This document shows positions 1-9,166 of a stretch of 59,131 bases of DNA, piece after piece. The stretch is from Candidatus Dormiibacterota bacterium (GTDB lineage: Bacteria; Chloroflexota; Dormibacteria; Aeolococcales; Aeolococcaceae): positions 1-59,131 of the forward strand of contig JBAPOS010000008.1 of assembly GCA_049279755.1 (NCBI GenBank), given 5' to 3'. The notes beneath the pieces are model-generated. The model was not told the origin of the DNA. It did no database searches and worked only from the letters and a program-made list of their open reading frames with translations. Positions within the stretch are counted from its first letter, which is position 1; the number at the start of each line of letters is the position of its first letter. The position numbers and the translations under genes are program-made.

Positions 1-1
1 C

Positions 2-250
2 CAAAACCTGGTCGCCTGGTCCTGGACCGTGGCCCCTGGCGGCCGTCGGCATGTGGTGGTGGTCAACCTCTCCGGACTGCCTGCGCAGGCCCGGATCAGG
101 CTGGACTGGCCGGACCTGCCTGGCCGAAGCTGGCCGCTCACCGACATCTTGAGCCAGGCCACCTTCGATCGGGATGGCGCTGAACTGGCCGGTCCCGGAT
201 TGTTCGTGGACCTGGGACCCTGGCAGTACCACCTGCTCGCCCTGCCATAA
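2..250 (+). CDS. 3' end of a gene truncated by the window edge; the tail resembles the C-terminal domain of alpha-amylase-family (GH13) glycosidases
   Basis: Frame 2 is open from the window edge (QNLVAWSWTVAPGGRRHVVVVNLSGLPAQARIRL...GPWQYHLLALP*), with stop TAA at 248-250. The 'vvvvNlS ... l.PWqyhLL' pattern is typical of GH13 C-terminal beta-sandwich tails. The family call is from memory only. Confidence 0.4.
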   Translation, partial: QNLVAWSWTVAPGGRRHVVVVNLSGLPAQARIRLDWPDLPGRSWPLTDILSQATFDRDGAELAGPGLFVDLGPWQYHLLALP

Positions 251-295
251 CACGCCCTGCCATAACACGCCCTGCCATAACACGCCGGGCCACAC
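239..295. repeat. Direct tandem repeat: three perfect copies of 15-bp GCCCTGCCATAACAC plus a degenerate fourth copy
   Basis: Perfect units at 239-253, 254-268 and 269-283, followed by GCCGGGCCACAC at 284-295. Unit 1 contains the last codons and the TAA stop of the upstream gene. Confidence 0.9.
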
Positions 296-361
296 TAAGG
301 CCTCCAGGGCGTAGGTGATCCCGTTCGCTCCCTCCGTGCCTACCCCCAAGCCCCCTATTTA

Positions 362-390
362 TTGACCGAACGTTCGGTAAAGAGTAGCCT
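362..390 (+). promoter_or_regulatory. Predicted sigma-70-type promoter of the paa oxygenase operon
   Basis: TTGACC (362-367), 17-nt spacer, then TAGCCT (385-390, fits TANNNT). It lies 26 nt upstream of the proposed GTG start. An SD-like GGGAGG sits at 406-411. Confidence 0.4.
365..378. promoter_or_regulatory. Perfect 14-bp palindrome ACCGAACGTTCGGT, a candidate PaaR (TetR-family) operator
   Basis: The sequence is its own reverse complement. It fits the ACCGNNCGNNCGGT core that I recall for the Corynebacterium glutamicum PaaR operator. It overlaps the -35 element and spacer of the predicted promoter. Confidence 0.55.
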
Positions 391-415
391 GCCTGGAGGA
401 GAGACGGGAGGCGCC

Positions 416-1402
416 GTGTACGGCAACTACGACACCGGCACCAGGAGCAGCCCGGGGGAGGCGGCAGACGAGGACGCCGAGCAGCGCTTCGACCAGCTCA
501 TCGCCGCCGACCAGCGCATCGAGCCCCGCGACTGGATGCCGGACGCGTACCGCAAGACGCTCATCAGGCATATCGCCCAGCACGCCCACTCCGAGATCAT
601 CGGCATGCAGCCCGAGGGCAACTGGATCACCCGGGCACCGTCGCTGCGGCGCAAGGCGATCCTCATGGCCAAGGTGCAGGATGAGGCGGGTCACGGCCTC
701 TACCTGTACTGCGCCGCGGAGACGCTCGGAGTCGACCGCTCGGAGCTCATCGACCTCCTCCACCAGGGCCGCCAGAAGTACTCGAGCATCTTCAACTACC
801 CGACGCTCACCTTCGCGGACGTCGGCGCGATCGGCTGGCTCGTGGATGGCGCGGCGATCACCAACCAGATCCCGCTCTGCCGCTGCTCCTTCGGCCCGTA
901 TGCGAGAGCGATGGTGCGCGTCTGCAAGGAGGAGTCGTTTCACCAGCGGCAGGGCTTCGAGCTCCTGTACGCGCTCTCACGTGGAACCCGCGAGCAGCAT
1001 GAGATGGCCCAGGACGCGGTGAACCGCTGGTGGTGGCCGTCGCTCGAGATGCTCGGACCTCCCGACAGCGAGTCGACGCACAGCGCCCAATCGATGGCGT
1101 GGGGCATCAAACGCTTCTCCAACGACGAGTTGCGTCAGCGCTTCGTGGACATGGTCGCGCCCCAGGCCGTCGTGCTCGACCTCATCCCCCCCGACCCGGC
1201 CCTGCGCTGGAATGGGGAGCGCGGACACTATGACTTCGGACCATGCGATTTCGAGGAGCTGCGTCGCGTGGTCAGCGGCGACGGGCCGTGCAACCGTCAG
1301 CGCGCTGCCCATCATCTGAAGGCGCACGAGGACGGCGCGTGGGTGCGTGCGGCCGCCGCCGCGTACGCGGCCAAGCGCGCGGCGACCACTGCAGCCGCAT
1401 GA
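416..1402 (+). CDS. paaA: 1,2-phenylacetyl-CoA epoxidase subunit A
   Basis: [60 protein letters not shown] is close to the E. coli PaaA di-iron region. The ORF opens at TTG 362, but the promoter and operator occupy 362-390, so GTG 416 is the preferred start. Either start is possible. Confidence 0.93.
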   Translation: MYGNYDTGTRSSPGEAADEDAEQRFDQLIAADQRIEPRDWMPDAYRKTLIRHIAQHAHSEIIGMQPEGNWITRAPSLRRKAILMAKVQDEAGHGLYLYCAAETLGVDRSELIDLLHQGRQKYSSIFNYPTLTFADVGAIGWLVDGAAITNQIPLCRCSFGPYARAMVRVCKEESFHQRQGFELLYALSRGTREQHEMAQDAVNRWWWPSLEMLGPPDSESTHSAQSMAWGIKRFSNDELRQRFVDMVAPQAVVLDLIPPDPALRWNGERGHYDFGPCDFEELRRVVSGDGPCNRQRAAHHLKAHEDGAWVRAAAAAYAAKRAATTAAA

Positions 1403-1689
1403 CCGAGGAAACGGCTGCGCCGCTATGGGAGGTCTTCATCAGGAGCAAGCGAGGGCTGTCGCACAATCACGTCGGCAGTCTGCACGCGCCTGACGCCGAG
1501 ATGGCTCTGCGCAATGCGCGTGACGTCTACACCCGGCGGATGGAGGGCGTGAGCATCTGGGTCGTCCCCTCGGCGGTGATCACCGCTTCATCGCCCGAGG
1601 AGAAGGACTCGTTCTTCGACCCTGCGGCCGACAAGCCCTACCGCCATCCAACCTTCTACTCGATACCGAAGGAAGTGCAGCAGCTGTGA
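1399..1689 (+). CDS. paaB: 1,2-phenylacetyl-CoA epoxidase subunit B
   Basis: 96-aa protein ([24 protein letters not shown]...YRHPTFY) of typical PaaB size and sequence. ATGA start/stop overlap with paaA at 1399-1402. Confidence 0.9.
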   Translation: MTEETAAPLWEVFIRSKRGLSHNHVGSLHAPDAEMALRNARDVYTRRMEGVSIWVVPSAVITASSPEEKDSFFDPAADKPYRHPTFYSIPKEVQQL

Positions 1690-2450
1690 CCCCGGTGGTC
1701 GCCGGCGCGGCGGCCGTCTTCACGCTGCGCATCGCCGACGATTGCCTCGTGCTCTCGCACCGGCTCGCGCAGTGGTCGTCGTGGGCGCCGACGCTCGAGG
1801 ACGACATTGCGCTGACCAACATCGCGCTCGACCTGCTCGGGCAGGCGCGAGCCATGTACGCGCGAACCGCCGAGCTCGACGGCACCGGCCGGTCGGAGGA
1901 CGACTACGCCTTCATGCGTGACGAGCGGGAGTTTGTGAACTGCCTGCTCGTCGAGCAGGAGAACGGCGACTTCGCAACCACGATCGTCCGCCAGCTCCTG
2001 TTCTCGACCTACCAGCTCGCGCAGTGGCAGGCACTGACGGCGTCGACCGATGGACAGGTCTCTGCGATCGCAGCCAAGGCCGTGAAGGAGACCGTCTACC
2101 ACCGGGATCACGCCACCGACTGGACGCTTCGCCTCGGCGATGGCACGGACGAGAGCCACCAACGCATGGAGAGCGCTCTGGCTGCGCTCTGGCCGTTCAC
2201 CGCCGAGCTCTTCGAGAGCGACGAGGCGACTCGCGACGTGGCCGGCTCGGGCACCGGCTCTGACCCTGAGACACTCCGCCCTGCGTGGGACGCGTATGTC
2301 GGCCGCGTTCTCGGCGACGCAACACTGGTTGTCCCGGAACGCACCTGGAGACCGACCGGGGGCCGCAACGGTCTACACACCGAGCCCTTTGGGTACATGC
2401 TCGCTGAGATGCAGCACCTCCATCGGTCGTTTCCGGGCGTGACGTGGTGA
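1686..2450 (+). CDS. paaC: 1,2-phenylacetyl-CoA epoxidase subunit C
   Basis: 254-aa ferritin-like protein in the canonical position between paaB and paaD (LRIADDCLVLSHRLAQW...ALDLLGQAR). 4-bp overlap with paaB. Confidence 0.85.
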   Translation: MTPVVAGAAAVFTLRIADDCLVLSHRLAQWSSWAPTLEDDIALTNIALDLLGQARAMYARTAELDGTGRSEDDYAFMRDEREFVNCLLVEQENGDFATTIVRQLLFSTYQLAQWQALTASTDGQVSAIAAKAVKETVYHRDHATDWTLRLGDGTDESHQRMESALAALWPFTAELFESDEATRDVAGSGTGSDPETLRPAWDAYVGRVLGDATLVVPERTWRPTGGRNGLHTEPFGYMLAEMQHLHRSFPGVTW

Positions 2451-2926
2451 GCGCCGTCGACGAGATTCGCCGCCTTGCCGGCGCGATCCCCGACCCGGAG
2501 ATGCCCGCACTCACCCTCGCGGATCTCGGCATCCTTCGCGAGGTCCGCATCGACCGCTCGGGCCACGTCGATGTCGAGATCACGCCGACCTACTCGGGAT
2601 GCCCGGCGCTCGACACCATCCGCGAGGATGTCGAACGCTGCGTTCGAGACCACGGCTACGGCGACGTGACGGTGCACATCGTTCTGTCCCCTGCCTGGAC
2701 GACGGATTGGATGTCCGAAGCAGGCCGGGTCAGGCTCCGCGAGTACGGCATCGCGCCGCCTCGTCAACATCTCTTCGATGTGCAGACCCTGAGGATGGCG
2801 GTCGAATGCCCGCAGTGCAACTCGTCACGCACGCGGGAGGTGAGTCGCTTCGGTTCGACGCAATGTCAGGCGGTGCGCCGGTGTGACGCATGCGGCGAGA
2901 CGTTCCCTCACTTCAAGGAGCACTGA
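2444..2926 (+). CDS. paaD: Phenylacetate-CoA oxygenase subunit PaaD (PaaJ-type, MIP18-like domain plus C-terminal Cys cluster)
   Basis: IPDPEMPALTLADLGILREV...TPTYSGCPA plus C-terminal CPQCNS...CDACGETF. Canonical position, with a 7-bp overlap with paaC. Confidence 0.85.
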   Translation: MVSAVDEIRRLAGAIPDPEMPALTLADLGILREVRIDRSGHVDVEITPTYSGCPALDTIREDVERCVRDHGYGDVTVHIVLSPAWTTDWMSEAGRVRLREYGIAPPRQHLFDVQTLRMAVECPQCNSSRTREVSRFGSTQCQAVRRCDACGETFPHFKEH

Positions 2927-2930
2927 GCGG

Positions 2931-4052
2931 TTGACCGCCACGCCGGTCGCTGAGGTCTCCGCCGCACATCGGCGGCCAACCATCCACCCGCTGCGCGTGA
3001 AGGACGTCGAGCCCCTGACCGACGAGGCGGTGGCGATCGAGTTCGAGATGCCCCCAGACCTCGCCACCGAATACTCCTTCACTCACGGGCAGCACGTGTC
3101 GGTCCGTTGCGAGGCGGCCGGGGACGACGCAAGGCGCAGCTACTCGATCTGCAGTGCTGCCGGGAGCGGACGGCTCCGCATTGCCGTCAAGCACCTCCCC
3201 GGCGGGATCTTCTCCGCATTTGCCCTGGAACGACTGCGTCCAGGCGACATCGTCGAAGTGGTGACGCCGATCGGCCACTTCAACACACAGGTGGACCCGC
3301 GCCACTCGGCCTCATACGCGATGATCGCGGCGGGAAGCGGCATCACACCCATCCTGTCGATCGTCAGCACCATCCTCGCCGTCGAACCGCACAGCTCGGT
3401 AACGCTGATCTACGGGAACCGAACGGTCAAGGACATCATGTTCCTCGAGGAGCTCGAGGACCTGAAGAACCAATACCCGGAGCGGTTCGCTCTGTACCAC
3501 GTGCTCTCGCGCGAGGAGCAGGAGGTGCGCCTGTTCCACGGGCGCATCGATGCTGAGCGGCTGAGCATGTTCCTCGACGAGCTGATCCCGCCTGCCGGAG
3601 TCGACGAGTGGTTTCTCTGCGGGCCGCGCGACATGATCGAGTCGGCGCGTGCGGTCCTGCTCGAACGCGGCGTTGACGCGGACCACGTGCACGCCGAGCT
3701 GTTCCACGCAGACGGTGCACCGCGTCCGGCGCGCACCGCCGAGCAGCTCGCGGCCACCACACAGATCGCAGGCGCGTCGGAGGTCACGATCATTCTCGAC
3801 GGGCGCAGCTCGACCTTCGCCGTCCCCCCGGATGGCGAGCGAATCCTCGATGCCGCGTTGCGCGTTCGCTCCGACGCTCCATATGCCTGCAAGGGCGGTG
3901 TCTGCGGCACCTGCCGTGCCAGGCTGATCAGCGGCAGCGTCGAGATGGATCAGCATTTCGCGCTGGAGCAACGGGAGATCGACGCGGGATTTGTGCTCGC
4001 CTGTCAGTCGCATCCCACCACGCCGAAGGTGGTCATCGACTTCGATCAGTGA
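2931..4052 (+). CDS. paaE: Phenylacetate-CoA oxygenase reductase subunit (FNR-like plus plant-type 2Fe-2S ferredoxin)
   Basis: RSYSICS (RxYS FAD motif), GSGITP (NAD motif) and C-terminal CKGGVCGTC...C ferredoxin motif. TTG 2931 is preceded by AAGGAG (2915-2920). The ORF also opens at GTG 2883, inside paaD. Confidence 0.88.
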   Translation: MTATPVAEVSAAHRRPTIHPLRVKDVEPLTDEAVAIEFEMPPDLATEYSFTHGQHVSVRCEAAGDDARRSYSICSAAGSGRLRIAVKHLPGGIFSAFALERLRPGDIVEVVTPIGHFNTQVDPRHSASYAMIAAGSGITPILSIVSTILAVEPHSSVTLIYGNRTVKDIMFLEELEDLKNQYPERFALYHVLSREEQEVRLFHGRIDAERLSMFLDELIPPAGVDEWFLCGPRDMIESARAVLLERGVDADHVHAELFHADGAPRPARTAEQLAATTQIAGASEVTIILDGRSSTFAVPPDGERILDAALRVRSDAPYACKGGVCGTCRARLISGSVEMDQHFALEQREIDAGFVLACQSHPTTPKVVIDFDQ

Positions 4053-4058
4053 TCGGGA

Positions 4059-5018
4059 TCAGACGATCGGGGTCAGCCAGTTCGCGTAGCGGTCGTTCTC
4101 GCCTTTGCAGGCGCCGAAATAGAGGTCCTGGAGTTTGCGGGTGACCATGCCCGGCGACCCGGAGCCGATGGTCCGCCGGTCGATCTCGATCACCGCCGCG
4201 ACCTCCGCGCCCGTACCGCAGAGCAGGACCTCGTCGGCAACGTAGAGCTCGCTGCGATCGATCGCGCGCTCGACAACCTCGACGCCGAGCTCGTCTTTCG
4301 CGAGAGTCATGAGCACCGCTCGGGTGACGCCCTCGACGATGTTCTCCGACGGCGGCGGCGTGATCAGCTGTCCGCGACGAATGATGAAGAGGTTCTCGGC
4401 GCTGCCTTCACAGACATGCCCTTCCTGGGTCATGAGAATCGCCTCATCGAAACCGTTGAGGAAGGCCTCGGTCTTGGCGAGCGCGCTGTTGATGTAGATC
4501 CCCGTCGCCTTCGATCGTGCCGGCGCGACGTTGTCGTCGATACGCCGCCAGCTCGACACCTGGCAGCGGATCCCTCCAGTGGTGTCCACATAAGCCCCGA
4601 ACGGCACCGGGACGATCATGAATCCGTCGCGCAGGTTGTGAAAGCGGATGCCGATCTCCTCGTTTGCCTTGTAGACGAGCGGTCGCACGTAGACGTCGGT
4701 GGTGAAGGCGTTGCGACGGAGCAGCTCGACGGTGATATCGCAGAGCTCGTCGACGGTATGCGGCAGCTGCATGTGGAGCATCTGCGCGTTGCCGGTCATG
4801 CGCGCGAAGTGATCGGCCATCCGGAAGACGTTGATGCGTTGCTGCCGCTCGCTCCAATACGCACGGATACCCTCGAAGCACCCCGTTCCGTAGTGGAGCG
4901 CATGGGTGAGCAGGCCGACGTGCGCGTCGCCATATCTGCGCAGCTCGCCGTCGAAGTAGACCCATGTGTCGGCCTGGGCGCGGCGGAGCTCCGCCTTCGG
5001 CTCCGGGGACTCAATCAT
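4059..5018 (-). CDS. Class IV (branched-chain-type) amino acid aminotransferase
   Basis: HALHYGTGCFEGIRAYW and overall BCAT-like sequence. Last gene of the long minus-strand operon, with a 4-bp overlap with the E2 gene. Confidence 0.85.
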   Translation of the reverse strand: MIESPEPKAELRRAQADTWVYFDGELRRYGDAHVGLLTHALHYGTGCFEGIRAYWSERQQRINVFRMADHFARMTGNAQMLHMQLPHTVDELCDITVELLRRNAFTTDVYVRPLVYKANEEIGIRFHNLRDGFMIVPVPFGAYVDTTGGIRCQVSSWRRIDDNVAPARSKATGIYINSALAKTEAFLNGFDEAILMTQEGHVCEGSAENLFIIRRGQLITPPPSENIVEGVTRAVLMTLAKDELGVEVVERAIDRSELYVADEVLLCGTGAEVAAVIEIDRRTIGSGSPGMVTRKLQDLYFGACKGENDRYANWLTPIV

Positions 5019-6235
5019 CGGGCAAGTGCCTGGTCAGCAGTCTCGATGAGGTCCGCAACATGTCGGATGAAGCCGCCCGCGACGCCGCCGTCGGCAACGC
5101 GATGATCGAAGACGAGTGAGAGATCCACGATCGAGCGTGGCACAACCGCCCCGTCGACCACCCAGGGGCGTGTCGCGATCTGGCCGACGCCCAGGATCGC
5201 CGCCTCGGGCGGATTGATGATGGCGGTGCCGCCGTCAACCCCGAATGCCCCGAAGTTCGACACCGTGAAGGTGCTGCCGCGGAGGTCGGCCACGTCGATC
5301 GAGCCGTCCCGTGCGGCACCGGCAAGCCGCGAGAGATCCTCTGAGATCACCTTCGCTGATTTGCCCTGAGCGTCGCGAATGACCGCGACCACGAGACCAC
5401 GATCGGTCTGGACTGCGACGCCGAGGTGAATCGAGTCGAAGGCGACGATCTCGTTGGACTGCGTGTCGAAGTGCGCGTTGAGACGCGGAAACCTCTGCAG
5501 CGCGCGGGCGCAGAGGAAGAGGATGAGCGCAAAAGGTGTCACCTTGCCGGCGGTCGACCCTTCGAGGTCGGACCGCATCGCCAGGAGTCGGGTCGCATCG
5601 GCGGTGAGCCACGCCGCCGCCACGGGCGTCTCGTGATGGGATCGCGTCAGCCGTTCCGCCGCGATGCGGTCGACCCCGGTGAGCGCCCGTCGCTTCCCGC
5701 CCGTGATCGTGGGCGGCGTCGCAGGGTCGACCGGCGCGTCACGCCGACCACCGGCCCGCTCGAGGTCCGCCTGGGTCACCATGCCGCCCGGCCCGCTGCC
5801 GGCAATCGTGCTGAGATCAATCCCCAGCTCGGCCGCCCGTCGCCGCACCAACGGCGACGCCGGCGGCATCGCAACCATAGGGCGCGAGGCAGCCACGTCC
5901 GCCGGCGGCTCGCTTCGGCGCGACCGCGGCGCCGACTCACTGGTTCCGTAGCCGACCAGGACGTTGCCAGATGGCGAACTTGCCGGCGCGCCGGCAACTT
6001 CGATACTGATCAGCGGCTTGCCGACGGTGATGGTCTGGCCCTCCGCGCCGTGGAGCGTGGCCACGCGTCCGGCAAACGGTGTGGGCACTTCGACCACCGC
6101 CTTCTCGGTGGTGATCTCGGCGATCGGCTGGTCAACCACGACGACGTCGCCCTCGGCCACGAGCCAGCGGTTGATCTCTCCTTCGGTGAGCCCCTCGCCG
6201 AGGTCGGGCATTAGGAAATCGCGGATCGTCAGCAT
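5015..6235 (-). CDS. 2-oxoacid dehydrogenase complex E2 (dihydrolipoamide acyltransferase)
   Basis: N-terminal lipoyl domain (FLMPDLGEGLTEGE...ITTEKAVVEV), Ala/Pro linker, E3/E1-binding segment and C-terminal catalytic DHRVADG motif. Confidence 0.92.
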   Translation of the reverse strand: MLTIRDFLMPDLGEGLTEGEINRWLVAEGDVVVVDQPIAEITTEKAVVEVPTPFAGRVATLHGAEGQTITVGKPLISIEVAGAPASSPSGNVLVGYGTSESAPRSRRSEPPADVAASRPMVAMPPASPLVRRRAAELGIDLSTIAGSGPGGMVTQADLERAGGRRDAPVDPATPPTITGGKRRALTGVDRIAAERLTRSHHETPVAAAWLTADATRLLAMRSDLEGSTAGKVTPFALILFLCARALQRFPRLNAHFDTQSNEIVAFDSIHLGVAVQTDRGLVVAVIRDAQGKSAKVISEDLSRLAGAARDGSIDVADLRGSTFTVSNFGAFGVDGGTAIINPPEAAILGVGQIATRPWVVDGAVVPRSIVDLSLVFDHRVADGGVAGGFIRHVADLIETADQALAR

Positions 6236-6238
6236 CGG

Positions 6239-7213
6239 TCAGTATTCGAGCAGTCGCGCGACAGCGTCGAGGATGCGATCGGCGTCCGGCAGGAAGTGAC
6301 GCTCGATCTTGGCCGACGGATACGGGACGTCGAAGCCGGTGACGCGCAGCACCGGCGCCGCGAGATACCCGAAGGCGCGCTCGCTCAGCTCCGCGGCGAT
6401 CTCAGCGCCGTAGCCGACAAAGCGCGCCGCCTCGTGGACAACCAGCGCCCGCCCCGTCTTGGTGGCGCTCGCCACCAGGGTGTCCATGTCGACCGGCGAC
6501 AGGGTGCGAACGTCGACGACTTCGAGATCCCAGCCGCTCTGTTCGGCGGCGCGAGTGGCGGCCTCCATCGCGGTGGTCACCATCGGTCCGTATGCGATGA
6601 CCGTCGCCGTGGCCCCGGAGCGGCGAACCACGGCCTCGCCGATGGGCGGTGCGCTCACCGGTAGGTCGAGATCCTCCTTCAGCCAGTAGCGGCGCTTCGG
6701 CTCCAGGAAGATGACCGGGTCGTCGAACGCGATCGACGCACGCAGCAGCGCGTATGCGTCTGCCGGCGTCCCGGGTGACACGACGGTGAGCCCCGCGGTG
6801 TGTGAGTAGTACGCCTCGGGACTTTCCGAATGGTGCTCGACGGCCCCGATGCCACCCCCATACGGGATGCGGATCACCATCGGCAGACCTACCCGGCCGC
6901 GGGTGCGGTTGCGGTACTTCGCCACATGGCTGATGACCTGGTTGAGCGCGGGGTACGAGAAGCCGTCGAACTGCATCTCCACAACGGGGCGCAGCCCGTA
7001 CAGCGCCATGCCGATAGCGGTGCCGGCGATGCCCGACTCGGCGACGGGCGTGTCGAAGCAGCGATCGGTGCCCATCTCGGCCTGGAGCCCGTCGGTGATC
7101 CGGAAGACACCACCAAGCCGGCCGACATCCTCTCCGTACACGACCACGGTGTCGTCCTCGCGCATCGAGTCGCGCAGGGCCGCGTTGAGCGCCCCGGCCA
7201 TGGTGAGCTCCAT
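6239..7213 (-). CDS. 2-oxoacid dehydrogenase E1 component, beta subunit
   Basis: 324-aa transketolase-like pyrimidine-binding and C-terminal domains (VVYGEDVG..GGVFRIT..., VVDVRTLSPVD). Confidence 0.92.
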   Translation of the reverse strand: MELTMAGALNAALRDSMREDDTVVVYGEDVGRLGGVFRITDGLQAEMGTDRCFDTPVAESGIAGTAIGMALYGLRPVVEMQFDGFSYPALNQVISHVAKYRNRTRGRVGLPMVIRIPYGGGIGAVEHHSESPEAYYSHTAGLTVVSPGTPADAYALLRASIAFDDPVIFLEPKRRYWLKEDLDLPVSAPPIGEAVVRRSGATATVIAYGPMVTTAMEAATRAAEQSGWDLEVVDVRTLSPVDMDTLVASATKTGRALVVHEAARFVGYGAEIAAELSERAFGYLAAPVLRVTGFDVPYPSAKIERHFLPDADRILDAVARLLEY

Positions 7214-8331
7214 CAGCTCTCCTCGGCCGCCCGCAATTCCTGTCCAAGCATCGCGCGCTGAGCAAGGAGCTGTGCCGTCGGCGTGGCGTAGACGTGGTCG
7301 AACATCTCGCGCGGGTCGCCCGCCGGCGCGCCGAAGAGGAAGTCGCGCATGCGCGCGGCGGTCGCTTCGCCTTCGGCCTCGACCTCAGCAAGGAAAGAGT
7401 CATCGACGATGCCGCCCTCGCGCAGCATTCGCAGAAAGCCCTCGACAGGATCCCGCGCGCGCCACTCCGTGGACTCGTCGTCGCTGCGATACCGGGTGGT
7501 GTCGTCGGCGGTGGTGTGCGCCTCGAGGCGGTAGGTGACCGCCTCGATCAGCGTCGGTCCCTCACCGCGACGCGCGCGATCCACCGCCGTCTTCACCGCT
7601 CCGTACACCGAGATGACGTCGTTGCCGTCGACGCGAATGCCGGGCATGCCGACACCGGGCGCGCGCAGCGCGATCGACGACGTCCTGGTCTGCAAACGGA
7701 AGGGAACGCTGATCGCGTAGCCGTTGTTCTGGACGACAAACACCACCGGCGCGGTGTAGACGGCTGCCAGGTTGAGCGCCTCGTGGGCGTCACCCTCGCT
7801 GGCAGCCCCATCGCCGAAGAAGGTGAGCGCGACGATCGGGTCATGCTTGATCCGTGCCGCCATCGCCAGGCCGACCGCATGCAGCGCCTGCGTGGCCAGT
7901 GGCGTCGTCAGCGGAGCCACCCTGTAGCGGTAGGGGTCGAATCCGCAGTGCCAGCTCCCGGAGAAGAGCGCGAGCAGATCGACCACGTCAACCCCTCGGG
8001 CGAAGGTGCCGACGGTCTCGCGATAGGTTGGGAAGAGCCAGTCGTCGGGCTCGAGCGCGAAGACCGACCCGACCTGGGCCGCCTCCTGGCCTTGGCTCGA
8101 GGCGAAGACGCCGAGCGCCCCCTGGCGAGTGAGATTGATCGCCTGACGGTCAACCCGCCGGCTCAACGCCATCAGGCGGTAGAGGGAGCGGAGCTGGTCG
8201 TTGCCCAGGTCGACGTCGTGGGGCAGGAAGTCAGTCAGAGCCCCCTCGGCGCCGACATCCTGCCAGGCGGCCTTCGACGGCCCCGGAAATGAGGACGGCT
8301 CGCTGGCGGCGGACGACACCTCCACACTCAC
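7213..8331 (-). CDS. 2-oxoacid dehydrogenase E1 component, alpha subunit (TPP-dependent)
   Basis: TPP-binding region [11 protein letters not shown]...NNGYAIS, and [11 protein letters not shown] near the C-terminus. GTG start. 1-nt stop/start overlap with the beta subunit. Confidence 0.9.
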   Translation of the reverse strand: MSVEVSSAASEPSSFPGPSKAAWQDVGAEGALTDFLPHDVDLGNDQLRSLYRLMALSRRVDRQAINLTRQGALGVFASSQGQEAAQVGSVFALEPDDWLFPTYRETVGTFARGVDVVDLLALFSGSWHCGFDPYRYRVAPLTTPLATQALHAVGLAMAARIKHDPIVALTFFGDGAASEGDAHEALNLAAVYTAPVVFVVQNNGYAISVPFRLQTRTSSIALRAPGVGMPGIRVDGNDVISVYGAVKTAVDRARRGEGPTLIEAVTYRLEAHTTADDTTRYRSDDESTEWRARDPVEGFLRMLREGGIVDDSFLAEVEAEGEATAARMRDFLFGAPAGDPREMFDHVYATPTAQLLAQRAMLGQELRAAEES

Positions 8332-8342
8332 GTGGATCGATC

Positions 8343-9161
8343 CTACCCCTGCGGACCGCGGCCGCCGAAGTCCGGCGCGCGTTTCGCCCGACGGGCGGAC
8401 ACGCCCTCGACCACATCGGGACCGGTGAAGCCGAGAAATTCAAGGGCCAGCGAGCCGTCGAAGATCGGCCCCGCCGCCCGCAACCAGTTGTTGAGCGCGT
8501 ATTTGGTCCACGCAATCGCGGTCGGAGATCCGGCGGCGAGCTTGCGGGCGACCTCGAACGCCGTGGCGTGCACCTGGTCGTCGGGGACGCTCATGGAGAC
8601 GAGCCCGATGCGCTCCGCCTCCTCACCGGTGACCGGTTCACAGAGGAGGAGGTGGTACTTCGCCTTGGCGAGACCGCAGAGCAGCGGCCAGATGATCGCG
8701 GCGTGGTCGCCCGCGGCAACGCCGATCCGGGTGTGACCGTCGATCAGGCGTGCCGACCGTCCGGCGATGGAGACGTCCGCGAGCAGCCCCACGACGAGCC
8801 CCGCCCCGACGGCCACCCCGTCGATCGCCGAGACGACGGGTGTGGAGCAGTTGATGATGTTGTAGACGAGATCGCGCGACTCCCGGAGCACGCGGGCGCG
8901 CGCCCCGAAGTCGGCGACCATCTCGTCGATGAGATCGAAATCGCCACCCGAGGAGAAGGTGCCGCCGGCACCGCGGATGATCACCGCGCGGGTCTCGGTG
9001 TCGGCGTCGACCGCGCGCCACACCTCGGCGAGATCGCGATGCATGGCAGCGTCGGCCGCATTGAGGCGACCCTCAGCCTGCATCGTGATCACCAGAATGC
9101 CTTCCTCGGGTCGCTCGAAGATCAGACTCGGAAATGAGCTGGCTAGGTCCGTCATGAGCAT
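8343..9161 (-). CDS. Enoyl-CoA hydratase/isomerase (crotonase) family protein
   Basis: [32 protein letters not shown]...[15 protein letters not shown] is a crotonase fold. Start set at ATG 9161 (MLMTDLAS). The 158-aa upstream extension in the ORF track overlaps the next gene out of frame. Confidence 0.85.
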   Translation of the reverse strand: MLMTDLASSFPSLIFERPEEGILVITMQAEGRLNAADAAMHRDLAEVWRAVDADTETRAVIIRGAGGTFSSGGDFDLIDEMVADFGARARVLRESRDLVYNIINCSTPVVSAIDGVAVGAGLVVGLLADVSIAGRSARLIDGHTRIGVAAGDHAAIIWPLLCGLAKAKYHLLLCEPVTGEEAERIGLVSMSVPDDQVHATAFEVARKLAAGSPTAIAWTKYALNNWLRAAGPIFDGSLALEFLGFTGPDVVEGVSARRAKRAPDFGGRGPQG

Positions 9162-9166
9162 CCTGG

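Noticed and set aside
239-283. Possibility that the 15-bp repeats are a mini-CRISPR array
   Set aside because: The units are directly adjacent with no spacers, are far shorter than CRISPR repeats, and there are no cas genes in the window.
4050-4061. TGATC-GG-GATCA palindrome as a bidirectional terminator
   Set aside because: 5-bp arms with a 2-nt loop cannot form a stable hairpin. It is simply the two stop codons facing each other.
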